Source: a virus (Duplodnaviria; Caudoviricetes). Taken from it: DNA of 64,000 nucleotides. The notes beneath the pieces are model-generated. The model saw only the letters and a list, made by a program, of their open reading frames with translations. It had not been told where the DNA came from and did not search any database. The stretch covers positions 32,001-96,000 of the IMG/VR virus record IMGVR_UViG_2974707348_000001. The stretch is one strand, 5' to 3'. The position numbers were made by a program, and so were the translations under genes. Below, one piece after another: positions 48,301 to 57,300 of the stretch. Each line of letters starts with the position of its first letter. The stretch's first letter is position 1.

Positions 48301-49593
48301 TTTGCAAGTATGAAATCCTACTTCTTAAATAGACAACCTTTTAGCTATAATATTCCAGCCTTTGATGAACTTCTTAAAGACAGTGATAACTTCGTGCTCT
48401 TTCAAGAGTCAATTATGGCAACCTTACAATTTGCTGGATACGAAGAAGATGTTACCTACGGACTTCTTAAAGCTATTGCTAAAAAGAAAAAAGGCATCAT
48501 TGAACCTATTCACGACAAATTCATTGAAGGGTTTGTAGCTAAGACTGGCTCAAAAGAACAGGCATTAAAAGTTTGGACTATCATTGAGAATGCCGTAAAT
48601 TATGGTTTTAATTCTAGTCATGCTTACTCTGTTGCGTTAGATTCACTATATGGTGCATGGCTCAAAGCTACTTACCCTCTTGTTTATTTTGCTGTAGTAC
48701 TTAATGTATATAAGAACTCTAAAGATAAACAAGCTGAATTAATCAACGAATTAGAATACTTTGGAATCACTCTTAAAGGATTGCAATTTGGTAAATCTAA
48801 ATCAGACTATTCATATGAAACAGATACTAACACTATCTATAAAGGTATTTCTACTGTTGCGTATCTTAATCAGCAAGTTGCAGACAACCTCTATAATCTT
48901 GCAAAAGAGAAACGTTATGAAAAAGATGATATTATTCAACTCTTTCTTGATATCTTAGATGGTGCTCTTGCTGACAACCGACAAATGAATATCTTGATTA
49001 AACTTGGATTCTTTAAAGAATTTGGTGAAGAATCAACACTTCTTGAACTCTACAACACTATGACTGGATATCAAACTAAAAAGCCTAATCCTATCTTTAC
49101 AGACAATAAAAAGCTCGATGTTAAATATTCACGTACACACAAAGAGAAAACTAAACTTGTACGTATTGAAAACATTAAAGAATATTATGGTTTGATATTG
49201 AAAAATGCTCATCTACTTCCTACAACTAATCTATTCGATAGACTTACAAGTGAAGTTGAATACATGGGATATGCTGAAACTCTTGACCAAAGTCTTGGCA
49301 AAAATGTCTACGTTGTTATGGATATTAATACTAAGTATACACCAGTTTATACTCTATACAACATGTATGATGGACATGTCTCTGTTGCTAAGATTGATAA
49401 GAAAAAGGCTTACCGTGATACAAAATCAACCAAAGATGGAGAATTAATCATCAAACTTGGAGACAAAATTGAAGTTATGGAATTTACGCAAAGACCTAAG
49501 ATGGCTTTAGTTGATGGTAAATGGGAATCAAACTATGACCAAATGCAAGATTATATCGAACACGTTCGAATGATTGAACGTTATAAAGATTAA
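45304..49593 (+). CDS. dnaE: DNA polymerase III alpha subunit with intein
   Basis: PHP motif HSHS..S, GRG|SA, PDVD, HPC, KND, YGFNSSH. Confidence 0.93.
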   Translation: MTDLNTLTYQNIHSHSFYSNISTHDSVISRTDVAERAVELGHTTLSCIEHGYMGNVFETYRIAKQFNLKLIFGTEFYYVKDRFEKDRTNSHLLVVAKNENGKEAITGLISESYQTGFYGRNRIDEELLFSLPKDDVIVTTACIASPINLYEGYAEYFIPKAKAYFGDNFFLEVQPHWNKKQADFNEKLIEYRKEYNVPFILGVDTHYIKEEDYKIRDIYLKSRKIVYDKEEGFFMDYPETKTIIERFKKQNVLSDEQIIEAFDNSHVVDEFDAIVINDDIKMPSVYPDKTEKEKVKILKKHINKAWIEDRKHISKERHKEYIEAIQSEMSIVENTHMTDYFLMNEKIISLGKEKYGGVLTKTGRGCFEETALVQTKDSLKKISEVEVGDKVINRFGEWDNVINKFTYDIEEEMIQIDHLNSAGKYNPIIATFDHKILIKDGNGTKFVQAKDLTKNDYVVLPKLKHIVEETYRKDFIDLNDFNDFGFEYDDKFIYETYEGANNRRYNKTINRFIPNDKVHNIFVGLMYGDGNVHRNDVSLYVNTKTHKIYKNKNIFKLISDRVGVSMKVYSAKNKNLEHLISTSKIFASFIKKEYFTSNKDSFKKFNKSLFNQSNENLSGLKEGLILSDGSVSDGRISFDNTSKDLMYSYKKLNDILHETPVSMSVRLKHIDSRGYTSKESYKMRKRDDNVCKTASRVLEDEEHFYLPITKLTIIPKRKTKVYDLQVENDPSFVIYNMVVHNSAPSFYLNKLLDFTAVDRVNSPLKLYPTRFMSESRILEARSLPDVDYNTADPEPFMKAQKEILGEDNAYQMIAYGTMQEKDAFKTYCRGLDIPKNEYWTIAEDLERWVKTDKWRDIIKASQQFIGVVTSFSPHPCSSLLLSDPISRKIGVIKTKEGVDVALIGSYDSDVYKYLKNDLLVVTVWDIIAKVCKELNIEIPDVRTLTKLVESNDKVWDLYKDGMVATLNQAGTPSGKPQVMQYKPQSVRELSMWVAGIRPSFASMKSYFLNRQPFSYNIPAFDELLKDSDNFVLFQESIMATLQFAGYEEDVTYGLLKAIAKKKKGIIEPIHDKFIEGFVAKTGSKEQALKVWTIIENAVNYGFNSSHAYSVALDSLYGAWLKATYPLVYFAVVLNVYKNSKDKQAELINELEYFGITLKGLQFGKSKSDYSYETDTNTIYKGISTVAYLNQQVADNLYNLAKEKRYEKDDIIQLFLDILDGALADNRQMNILIKLGFFKEFGEESTLLELYNTMTGYQTKKPNPIFTDNKKLDVKYSRTHKEKTKLVRIENIKEYYGLILKNAHLLPTTNLFDRLTSEVEYMGYAETLDQSLGKNVYVVMDINTKYTPVYTLYNMYDGHVSVAKIDKKKAYRDTKSTKDGELIIKLGDKIEVMEFTQRPKMALVDGKWESNYDQMQDYIEHVRMIERYKD
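46399..47526 (+). mobile_element. Intein in DnaE (376 aa, LAGLIDADG)
   Basis: GRG|CFEE...TFDH...FVGLMYGDG...GLILSDG...VVHN|S. Confidence 0.93.
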
Positions 49594-49603
49594 ATAGATT
49601 TGT

Positions 49604-49645
49604 AATACACCTGTAATTGACTTTATAGGTATATTTTGGTATAAT
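49604..49645 (+). promoter_or_regulatory. Hairpin with -35 in loop, plus -10
   Basis: AATACACCTGTAA-TTGACT-TTATAGGTATATT; TATAAT 49640. Confidence 0.8.
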
Positions 49646-49677
49646 TAATATATAGAAAACGTAAGGAGAAAAAAATA

Positions 49678-49848
49678 ATGGAATTAAAAGAAATTGAACC
49701 AGCTATCATTGGGTTTACTGGTGGACTGGGTGACCACGAATATGTACTTGAACGTGGGGAAGTCACAAGCATAGGGTATTTTACAGAAAATGAAAATCTC
49801 TACACAGAAACACAGGTCAAAGAATTACTTGAAAGTAGAGGAAAATAA
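49678..49848 (+). CDS. Hypothetical protein (56 aa)
   Basis: AAGGAG RBS. Confidence 0.6.
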   Translation: MELKEIEPAIIGFTGGLGDHEYVLERGEVTSIGYFTENENLYTETQVKELLESRGK

Positions 49849-49849
49849 C

Positions 49850-50182
49850 ATGAAAATTAATTTAAACAACGAGGAACTTTTACAAATGATGCTTGAACCA
49901 CAAGAATTTAACGATGTTAATTTAATCTTTGTTCGTCTTACATCAGAAGGTCTATCACCAGAAGATTGGTATCTTACAGAAGTTCCTTCTGACCGTGTTT
50001 ATCTTTTTGAAAATACAACTAGTGATAAATTCTTTGATATTTATTTCTTGAACGATGATATCGTTCGTCCACAGTATTTTACATCCCCAGAAAATTGGGA
50101 TGGTAAAGTAGAAACATATATTAATATTCATGATGCAGAAACAATCAAAGAAGCTATTGAAAAATACGAAATAGGAGAATAA
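49850..50182 (+). CDS. Hypothetical protein
   Basis: GAGG RBS. Confidence 0.65.
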   Translation: MKINLNNEELLQMMLEPQEFNDVNLIFVRLTSEGLSPEDWYLTEVPSDRVYLFENTTSDKFFDIYFLNDDIVRPQYFTSPENWDGKVETYINIHDAETIKEAIEKYEIGE

Positions 50183-50184
50183 AA

Positions 50185-50532
50185 ATGAATAAAGCAATAG
50201 AATCACAACTAAAAAGAATCGAGCCTATCTCGAAATTAAAAATATTCACTGGTGACACCAAAGTCTATGATACAGTTAAAAAATATAATGACCAGATTAA
50301 AGAGGTGGATGTTTACACTCAGGAACAAATGATTGAATTTGCAAAATTTGTTTCTGGTTATACAGCTGAGTATGTTTCTTATGAAATGGAGGAGGATTGT
50401 TGGGAAATGCAGGGTCATATGTTAGGAATATCCTATAGTGCAAAAAATGCAATTGAAGAGTTATTTGAAGATGATGATGAAGAAGAATTTCAAGATAGCC
50501 ACCCAAAACTTACTCTCGAAGATTTCTTTTAA
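50185..50532 (+). CDS. Hypothetical acidic protein
   Basis: AGGAG RBS. Confidence 0.65.
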   Translation: MNKAIESQLKRIEPISKLKIFTGDTKVYDTVKKYNDQIKEVDVYTQEQMIEFAKFVSGYTAEYVSYEMEEDCWEMQGHMLGISYSAKNAIEELFEDDDEEEFQDSHPKLTLEDFF

Positions 50533-50576
50533 AATCCGTTAGTACTATGATTAATTAAATAAAACACACTTATCTC

Positions 50577-50605
50577 TTGACAATCATCTGTCATTATGAT
50601 ATAAT
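50577..50605 (+). promoter_or_regulatory. sigmaA promoter
   Basis: TTGACA-17-TATAAT with TG extension. Confidence 0.85.
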
Positions 50606-50669
50606 ATATATATAGGTTAAAGCAATAGCCTAAACAATAAAACTCAATTCCAAAAGGAGAAAAAACACT

Positions 50670-50912
50670 ATGTCTACAAAATTCTACGCACTATACAATG
50701 GTACTCGTAAAGAAAAACATTCAGGAACTGAACGTGTCTTCGATAAGAAATCTGGGAAACGTGTTCAAAAACAAGTTGAACGTGAAGTCTCTGTTGGAAC
50801 TTCTTACGTGTTTGATTTGTTATCTGAGACACGGATTGGTGCTCGTCAAGAAGCATTAGCAATTGCTCGTGAAGACGGACTTAAATTTGCAGGTTTGCAT
50901 TTGTATAAATAA
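50670..50912 (+). CDS. Small basic protein
   Basis: AAGGAG RBS, own promoter. Confidence 0.7.
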   Translation: MSTKFYALYNGTRKEKHSGTERVFDKKSGKRVQKQVEREVSVGTSYVFDLLSETRIGARQEALAIAREDGLKFAGLHLYK

Positions 50913-50913
50913 T

Positions 50914-50947
50914 AAAAAAGAGAGAAATTAATTCTCTCTTTTTTTTG
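50914..50947. terminator. Bidirectional terminator at the strand switch
   Basis: AAAAAAGAGAGAA/TTCTCTCTTTTTTTT. Confidence 0.8.
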
Positions 50948-51608
50948 CAATATTTTCAAGGTCTTTAAACATCTTATCAACATCAAATTCTTTAGGAACT
51001 TTTGCTTCTTTAACGATTGTCTTTGTGGCAGTCGTTTTCTTTTTAGTTCCAGTTGCTTTTTTCTTAGTGCCCTTTTTAGGCTTTTTAAGAGCTTCAATCT
51101 CTTTCTTGGTATAAGCTTTAGGCTTAGTCCATTCAAGTCCATTCTTGACGAGATAAGCGTATGCAACAGCCATTGCGTCAGACTCATCATCAGAATTAAA
51201 TGTGATGTTTAAATGTTTACTTAAGATGTCTGCAACTTCTTCTTTACTTGCATTTCCTTTATATAGCGTTTCACGTATTGTTTTTGCTGGATAATAAATA
51301 TTATCAACCTCGGAAAAGACTAGGTTGAATATTCCATGAACACGGAACACTACCTGAGTAGATTTATTGAATCGTGTGAATCCTCTTTCAATTACAGCGA
51401 CACTAGGTGGATATTTTCTTGTAAGTTTGATTAATTCTTCATAGATAAATCTTAGCTTCTTTGGATTCCTCATTTCTTCTGGAAGATTCTTATAGTCTTT
51501 GATGTTGTCCGTTCTTATACCACCAACATATACTATTTCTTTAGTGTCTTTGTCTATAATAACAATACCAGAGTTCTTCAACGAAGGGTCTAGTCCATAT
51601 ATATACAT
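50928..51608 (-). CDS. ruvC: RuvC-like Holliday junction resolvase
   Basis: YGLDPS, VIE, ASKEEV, DESDAMAVA. Confidence 0.85.
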   Translation of the reverse strand: MYIYGLDPSLKNSGIVIIDKDTKEIVYVGGIRTDNIKDYKNLPEEMRNPKKLRFIYEELIKLTRKYPPSVAVIERGFTRFNKSTQVVFRVHGIFNLVFSEVDNIYYPAKTIRETLYKGNASKEEVADILSKHLNITFNSDDESDAMAVAYAYLVKNGLEWTKPKAYTKKEIEALKKPKKGTKKKATGTKKKTTATKTIVKEAKVPKEFDVDKMFKDLENIAKKREN

Positions 51609-51661
51609 AAATAACTCCTTAACTCAAAAAATGGTGAGTATTTCACCCACCATGTTCAATC

Positions 51662-52069
51662 TTATTCTTTAATTGTATCTGCAACTTCTAATGCTGTAAC
51701 ATTTGCTTGAATAGATGGAGCTTCTAACGTTACTTTCTCTGTCATACCTTGTTTGAAATTAGCAACAGATGCTTCAATTAACATATTCAATTCAGCGTCT
51801 GTGATTTTGATTCCTTTTTCAGATAGAATTTCAAGAGCTTTATTTTTAGCTTCATTATATTTAGTTTTATTATCAGCTTCATTAAATACTTGTTGAACAT
51901 ATTTTACAGCTAGGTCTACAATTGTTTTGTTTGCATCTAGCTTGGCTTTGATTGCATATTTATCTGCAACTCGTTGTACTTGTATTCCTGCAATTTTTGC
52001 AAGATATCCAATAATAGCTACCAAGAGGGCTAAAAGTATAGGTGTAATTGCTTGTAGTAATTCATTCAT
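51662..52069 (-). CDS. Holin (LL-H-like)
   Basis: N-terminal TM; AVKYVQQ...K...A...IEASV. Confidence 0.75.
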   Translation of the reverse strand: MNELLQAITPILLALLVAIIGYLAKIAGIQVQRVADKYAIKAKLDANKTIVDLAVKYVQQVFNEADNKTKYNEAKNKALEILSEKGIKITDAELNMLIEASVANFKQGMTEKVTLEAPSIQANVTALEVADTIKE

Positions 52070-52242
52070 TATTTATTTTCTCCTTTGTTTAAAATAATAT
52101 TTCCGTCTTTATCACGGTTTTTATCGAGTTCTTTTATTCTAGCCTCTACTTGTTTTTTCAAGAAAGCTGGAACACGTTCTCTTGTTATTTTACCTTCTAA
52201 GATATTCAAAGCATATAAGGTTGTAATTCCTTCGTAAGCCAT
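52069..52242 (-). CDS. Small phage tail-module protein (CD1375-like, 57 aa)
   Basis: LYALNILEGKITRERVPAFLKKQV; not in ORF track. Confidence 0.6.
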   Translation of the reverse strand: MAYEGITTLYALNILEGKITRERVPAFLKKQVEARIKELDKNRDKDGNIILNKGENK

Positions 52243-52245
52243 AAA

Positions 52246-52536
52246 CTATACTCCTTTCGGACTGATTAAGTCCATTAAATCAAATACAGATTGTTCATTA
52301 ATTGTCACACGACCTTCAAGTTCATTAATATCTGATTTTTGTTTTTCAATAATACTATCTTTGTCTTCTTCCCAGATACCACGTTCATAGTTGTAGCGTG
52401 GAAACAAAATATTTTCGTTAGGTGGTGTACGGACAAGACCCGCTCCTAGAGGAAGTTGGTCGTCCACTTGATATGTCTTGTAGAATTTTCCATCTACTTT
52501 TTCACTTAACGGTTGATAAATTGTAATTGTTGCCAT
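52246..52536 (-). CDS. Putative tail fibre/RBP chaperone
   Basis: PP...PRYN...WEE motif; position after RBP gene. Confidence 0.55.
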   Translation of the reverse strand: MATITIYQPLSEKVDGKFYKTYQVDDQLPLGAGLVRTPPNENILFPRYNYERGIWEEDKDSIIEKQKSDINELEGRVTINEQSVFDLMDLISPKGV

Positions 52537-52551
52537 TTTTCCTCTTTTCTT

Positions 52552-54387
52552 TTATGCAATTCTTCTCCATCTGTATACAGAAATTGATGGTTGCCAGTTA
52601 TTATGGTTTGTGTTATCACCACTATTTTGAACACTAGAACCATCACTATCCTGTTTGGTGAATAATCCATTATTAGTAGCATTTTCTGCTACAACTTGTG
52701 TCCCTCTAACCGATACCTGAGGATTTACAAAACCACCATCACCCCATGCGAAAGCGTGTGCTTGATGTCCATTAAAATTTTTAAAATAGTGACTATGTGA
52801 TGTTAAGGGGTTAACTGAACCTACAGACCTATTTCCGCTATTGATTGAATCGTCTCCTTCATCAACACCAACTGTCACACGACCATTACCGAATCGTTCC
52901 CAGCTACCTCCCATGATATTAGCAGGGTTTTCGCTGTTAGTACTCTCAAAAATACATCCTACTGGATAAAATATGTCAATTAGCTTTTTGCCATTTATTG
53001 ACATATCACCAGAGACTTGGAAATTTTCTCCCCCCTCTTCAAACACTTTTCCTACTGATGCACCAGTTGTTCCCCAAGACATCGGTACTTGTGCCACAGG
53101 AATAACTGTAGTTGATACAGTCGACATAAATTCATCGTACATCGTAATTCTAATATTATATACTTTATCTATGTCTATAGCATCTTTAACTATTTTTCCT
53201 GACCAACTTTCCTGAGTGGCACTACTATTTTGCTCTAATAAAATCCAACTTTTATTTATCGGTTGATATTCTATTTTATACCCCATAATATTATCAACAC
53301 TAATTGCTTTTGAAGTACCTGACCATGTAATATCTACGATTTCTTGAGCATCTTTCCTTCTTTGAGCTGATATTGTAGTTGTGGGGTTACTATACGGTGC
53401 TAGATTAATAGGTTTAGAGGAAGTAGCTTCATATCCACGACTATCAGTTACAGTAACTATAATATCTAATTTTCCAGACTCCGCAACAAACCCTGACACT
53501 ATAGAGCTTCCTGTATATGTCGCATTACCAACCTTTGTTTCAATTTTAGAAATTGAACTATACATTTTAGGGCTTGCATCAACATTTACTTTAAGTTTTG
53601 ATTTTGATTGAACATATATAGCTCCCACTGCCGTGGTTACTTCTGGATTTCCTTCTGATATTGCAAAGTCATGAATAACTGGTTGAAATCTACTATCATT
53701 AACCGTATTTATTGTTAATCTTGCACTAGAAGAACCTATTTTTGTTCCACCACTATATGTGTCGCAAACTATCGTTCCCCAACCAGAAGTTTCATTCGGA
53801 ATGTACCTTGACAAATCTATGTTTGGTGTAAAATCATAATCAACATAATTAATTTCACTTGCGAAAGTATTATCATCACTCCCAAACTTAAACGTTAGGG
53901 TATGTGTAAAACTTTCACTAGCTCTATTGATATGTATGCTTGTTTTTTCTCCAAAGTTAATTGTTGATGGATGAATAGATATTGAACTTGTACGTGGGAT
54001 AGTATTTAATGTACCATCCCCCGAAACAGTCCTATTCCCATAGAAAACTCCATTGAATGTTACATTTATGTTGTATGTAGCAGAGAAACCAAATGATTTT
54101 GTTCCATCTGCATTGTGAGGTATAGTCCAATTTCCTGCAAAAAGCAATTTCTTTTGATTTGCACCTAAGTTAGAAGAATTTGTCCATGTTCTTCTTTCTC
54201 CGTTTATTGTCATAGAACCTGCATTTTGAACTGGGGCATACATTGCTCCATAAACGTCCATTGATTGTAAAAATAATTTACCTGTAATAACAGAGTTATT
54301 ACTAGGTATGCTTTGAGATGCTATGTTCCACTCAAAGACTAACCTATGTCTCGCAAATGAGACATAGGTAGAGCCACTTGAAGCCAT
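52552..54387 (-). CDS. Baseplate/receptor-binding structural protein (DUF859-like)
   Basis: IPHNADGTK, TIPR.S, YPVGCIF, NNWQPSISVYRWRRIA. Confidence 0.75.
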   Translation of the reverse strand: MASSGSTYVSFARHRLVFEWNIASQSIPSNNSVITGKLFLQSMDVYGAMYAPVQNAGSMTINGERRTWTNSSNLGANQKKLLFAGNWTIPHNADGTKSFGFSATYNINVTFNGVFYGNRTVSGDGTLNTIPRTSSISIHPSTINFGEKTSIHINRASESFTHTLTFKFGSDDNTFASEINYVDYDFTPNIDLSRYIPNETSGWGTIVCDTYSGGTKIGSSSARLTINTVNDSRFQPVIHDFAISEGNPEVTTAVGAIYVQSKSKLKVNVDASPKMYSSISKIETKVGNATYTGSSIVSGFVAESGKLDIIVTVTDSRGYEATSSKPINLAPYSNPTTTISAQRRKDAQEIVDITWSGTSKAISVDNIMGYKIEYQPINKSWILLEQNSSATQESWSGKIVKDAIDIDKVYNIRITMYDEFMSTVSTTVIPVAQVPMSWGTTGASVGKVFEEGGENFQVSGDMSINGKKLIDIFYPVGCIFESTNSENPANIMGGSWERFGNGRVTVGVDEGDDSINSGNRSVGSVNPLTSHSHYFKNFNGHQAHAFAWGDGGFVNPQVSVRGTQVVAENATNNGLFTKQDSDGSSVQNSGDNTNHNNWQPSISVYRWRRIA

Positions 54388-57300
54388 TAAGTAATTCCTC
54401 CTACGTATCTTATGATTGTTACTGGTGATTCATTTGAGAATTTAGTAATTAAATGATTACCTATTGTTGCTGATTCAAGGAAGACTCCTTTTTGAATATT
54501 AAGAACCTCTCCTGTAATAAATGCTACATCAACGTTATTATCCCAAAAGACTATTTTATCACTTGTGACTTGAATTGCCATTTTAGATTGTTTGTTGGAA
54601 ATGAACATTCCTTCTTCACTAAATGTGAATGATTCATTAATGAAGTTCCATTTGACTTTCATTCTATCGTAGAATCCTTCAACAATAGTTGTTCTATCAT
54701 TTACATTGTTTATATCTTCTTTGTTTTGAGTTGAAACAGCATGAAGATTATCAATAGTGCTTTGATAATCATGTTCTAACCAAGAGGTATAATCTTCATT
54801 AGAGACTGCATTTTGAGCCTGAACTAAAGCATCATTAGCTGTCTCAGCAACCGATTCTAAATCATCGAGCCCTGCTTTATTTGATAGACCACTATCAGAA
54901 CTAGCTTGAACATATCTTGGATTTAATTGCCATCTATAATCTGATGGGTTTTGAGAGTCTTTTTCTCCAACACCTACATACATAGGTATTGCATCTTGCC
55001 ATTGAGCTTGTGACTCACTTTGGCTTGGTGTCCAAGGAGTAGCGGTTGAGCCTTCTTCCCACTTATGACCAGCAGTCCATACAATTGAATCCGTTCCAGC
55101 ACCAGATATTTCGTATCTAGGGTTAAGAGTATCGCCAGTCTTCAAATTTACTGTGAAAGAATCTCTCAGCCAATCAAAGCTATTTCCCATGAACGCGTTA
55201 AGTGCTAGCCATTTTTCGTGTCCATTAATATCCCAACAATTGACGAATCTATATATGGTCGCTGTGCTTCCTGAACTTTTAACATAAGCTGAAAACGTGT
55301 AAACACCACTTTTTGGAGCTGTAAATGTTTTATGAATACCGCCCCATTGATAGGTTCGTTTTTTAACAGCTAATCCTTTATATGTTCCGTCGTTGTCATA
55401 ACCACTTATATACTCCCAGTCCCCACTAAAATCTTTAGTTCCGTCTAATAAATTCAAATTCGGATAAACCGTACTGAATCTATCTGTTCCATCCGAACTC
55501 CAAGAATAAGCGGTATACGCATTTGAGTCCTGTCCTTTAAATAGACTCCAAACGTAATCGGATGGATTAGTACTGTCATCTTTTTTATCGTTTGTATACT
55601 GACCAATGTAGTTCGGATAGTCACTAGTTTTTACTTCGCTTTTACTTGGCATGTGTGGAGTAGCTACTGAGCCTGGTTCGAGCTTGATATTCTTGATTAT
55701 TAGCCAATTACCATTTGCTGTTGACATCCCTCTTAAGTATACAATTTGCGATAAATCATCTGGCAAAGTTTCTTTACTTGTCAAAACGCATGATACTTTA
55801 GTCCACTGATTCGCCGAAGCTTTATTCATAGTGACATCATCAGTCAACGCTTTTTGGTATTCGGTTCTAGCTAGAGTTGCAATAAAACTCACATCTACGC
55901 TTGGCTTAACATCAAACGAAAGAACATACTGTGTACTTGGCTGTATGAGATTACGCAGCAAACCTGCATATTGAATTAAATTCCAACCAGTATTTGCAGT
56001 TGTTGTACCTTTGATTAGTTTTACAGCACGAATACCATCGACATTTACTTCTTCAACACTCTTGTCTCCATCTGAAAGCGTCCAATCCCAGTTGACAACA
56101 CCTTGATTGGTTTTATCCAACAGATTCAAATTTGGATAAACCGTACTAAATCTATCTGTACCGTCTGAACTATATGCCCACGCTGTGTGGAAATATGGTG
56201 TCTCACCATCTGCCCCAGGTTTACCTGGAATCCCTTGAGTTCCATCAGGACCTTGCAAACCCTGAATACCTTGGTCGCCCTTAGGGCCTTTTTCACCCAT
56301 CATTGCAACTGAATATCCTGTTTCAGATGAGTTGTCTGTGTAAGTCCAAATAGTCTTAGTCCATAGGAATTGTCCAGCAGGAACACTAGGCACTGTGGTT
56401 GTATATCCAGTAGTTGGAGGAGTAGTACCATTGGTATGACTAGCGTATGTAATGGTCGTAGTTTTGATTCCTACACCGTCTTTACCAGCAATTCCGTCAT
56501 GACCGTTATTACCATCTTTTGCAATATAAGTTACTGAGTAACCTGTTTCAGATGAGCTGTCCGTGTATGTCCATATGGTCTTAGTCCAGAGATACTGACC
56601 TTTTACAAGACTAGGAACAGAACTTGTCCAACCAGTGTTTGGTGCTGTCGTTCCGCTTGTTGAAATAGCGTAAGTGATAACAGTGTTTTTGATACCATTA
56701 CCATCTTTACCAGCAATACCATCTTTACCAGTTGCCCCATCTTTACCGTCATTTCCTCGCATCAGACTCCAAGTATAATCTGATGGTTTGACACTATCTG
56801 ATACTTTATCATCTGAATATGTTCCTATATAACTTGGGTAATCGCTAGTTTCCACTTCACTCTTACTAGGCATGTGTGGAGTAGCAACCGAACCCTCTTC
56901 CCATTTATGTCCAGCAGTCCATAAAATTGAATCAGAAGTTGAACCACTTATTTCATATCTGGCAGAAATCACATCACCAGCTTTCAGAGTTACAGTGAAA
57001 CTATCTCTAAACCAATCAAAATCACTTCCTAATTCTTTATGTGCCCCCAAATAATCTGCATTATTTAGACTAATAAATCTATGTATATTTGCATTATTTC
57101 CTGAACTTTTAACATAAGCTGAGAAAGTATATGTTCCGTCTTTAGGAGCTGTAAATGTTTTATGAATACCGCCCCATTGATAGGTTCGTTTTTTAACAGT
57201 TAGACCTTTATAAGTTCTGTCGTTTGTCCAATTCTCTGACAATAACCAAGACCCACTAAAGTCTTTAGTACCGTCTAACAGATTCAAGTTAGGGTAGACA

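Noticed and set aside
51662-52069. Holin without an adjacent endolysin
   Set aside because: The endolysin may lie outside the window, so this cannot be judged here.
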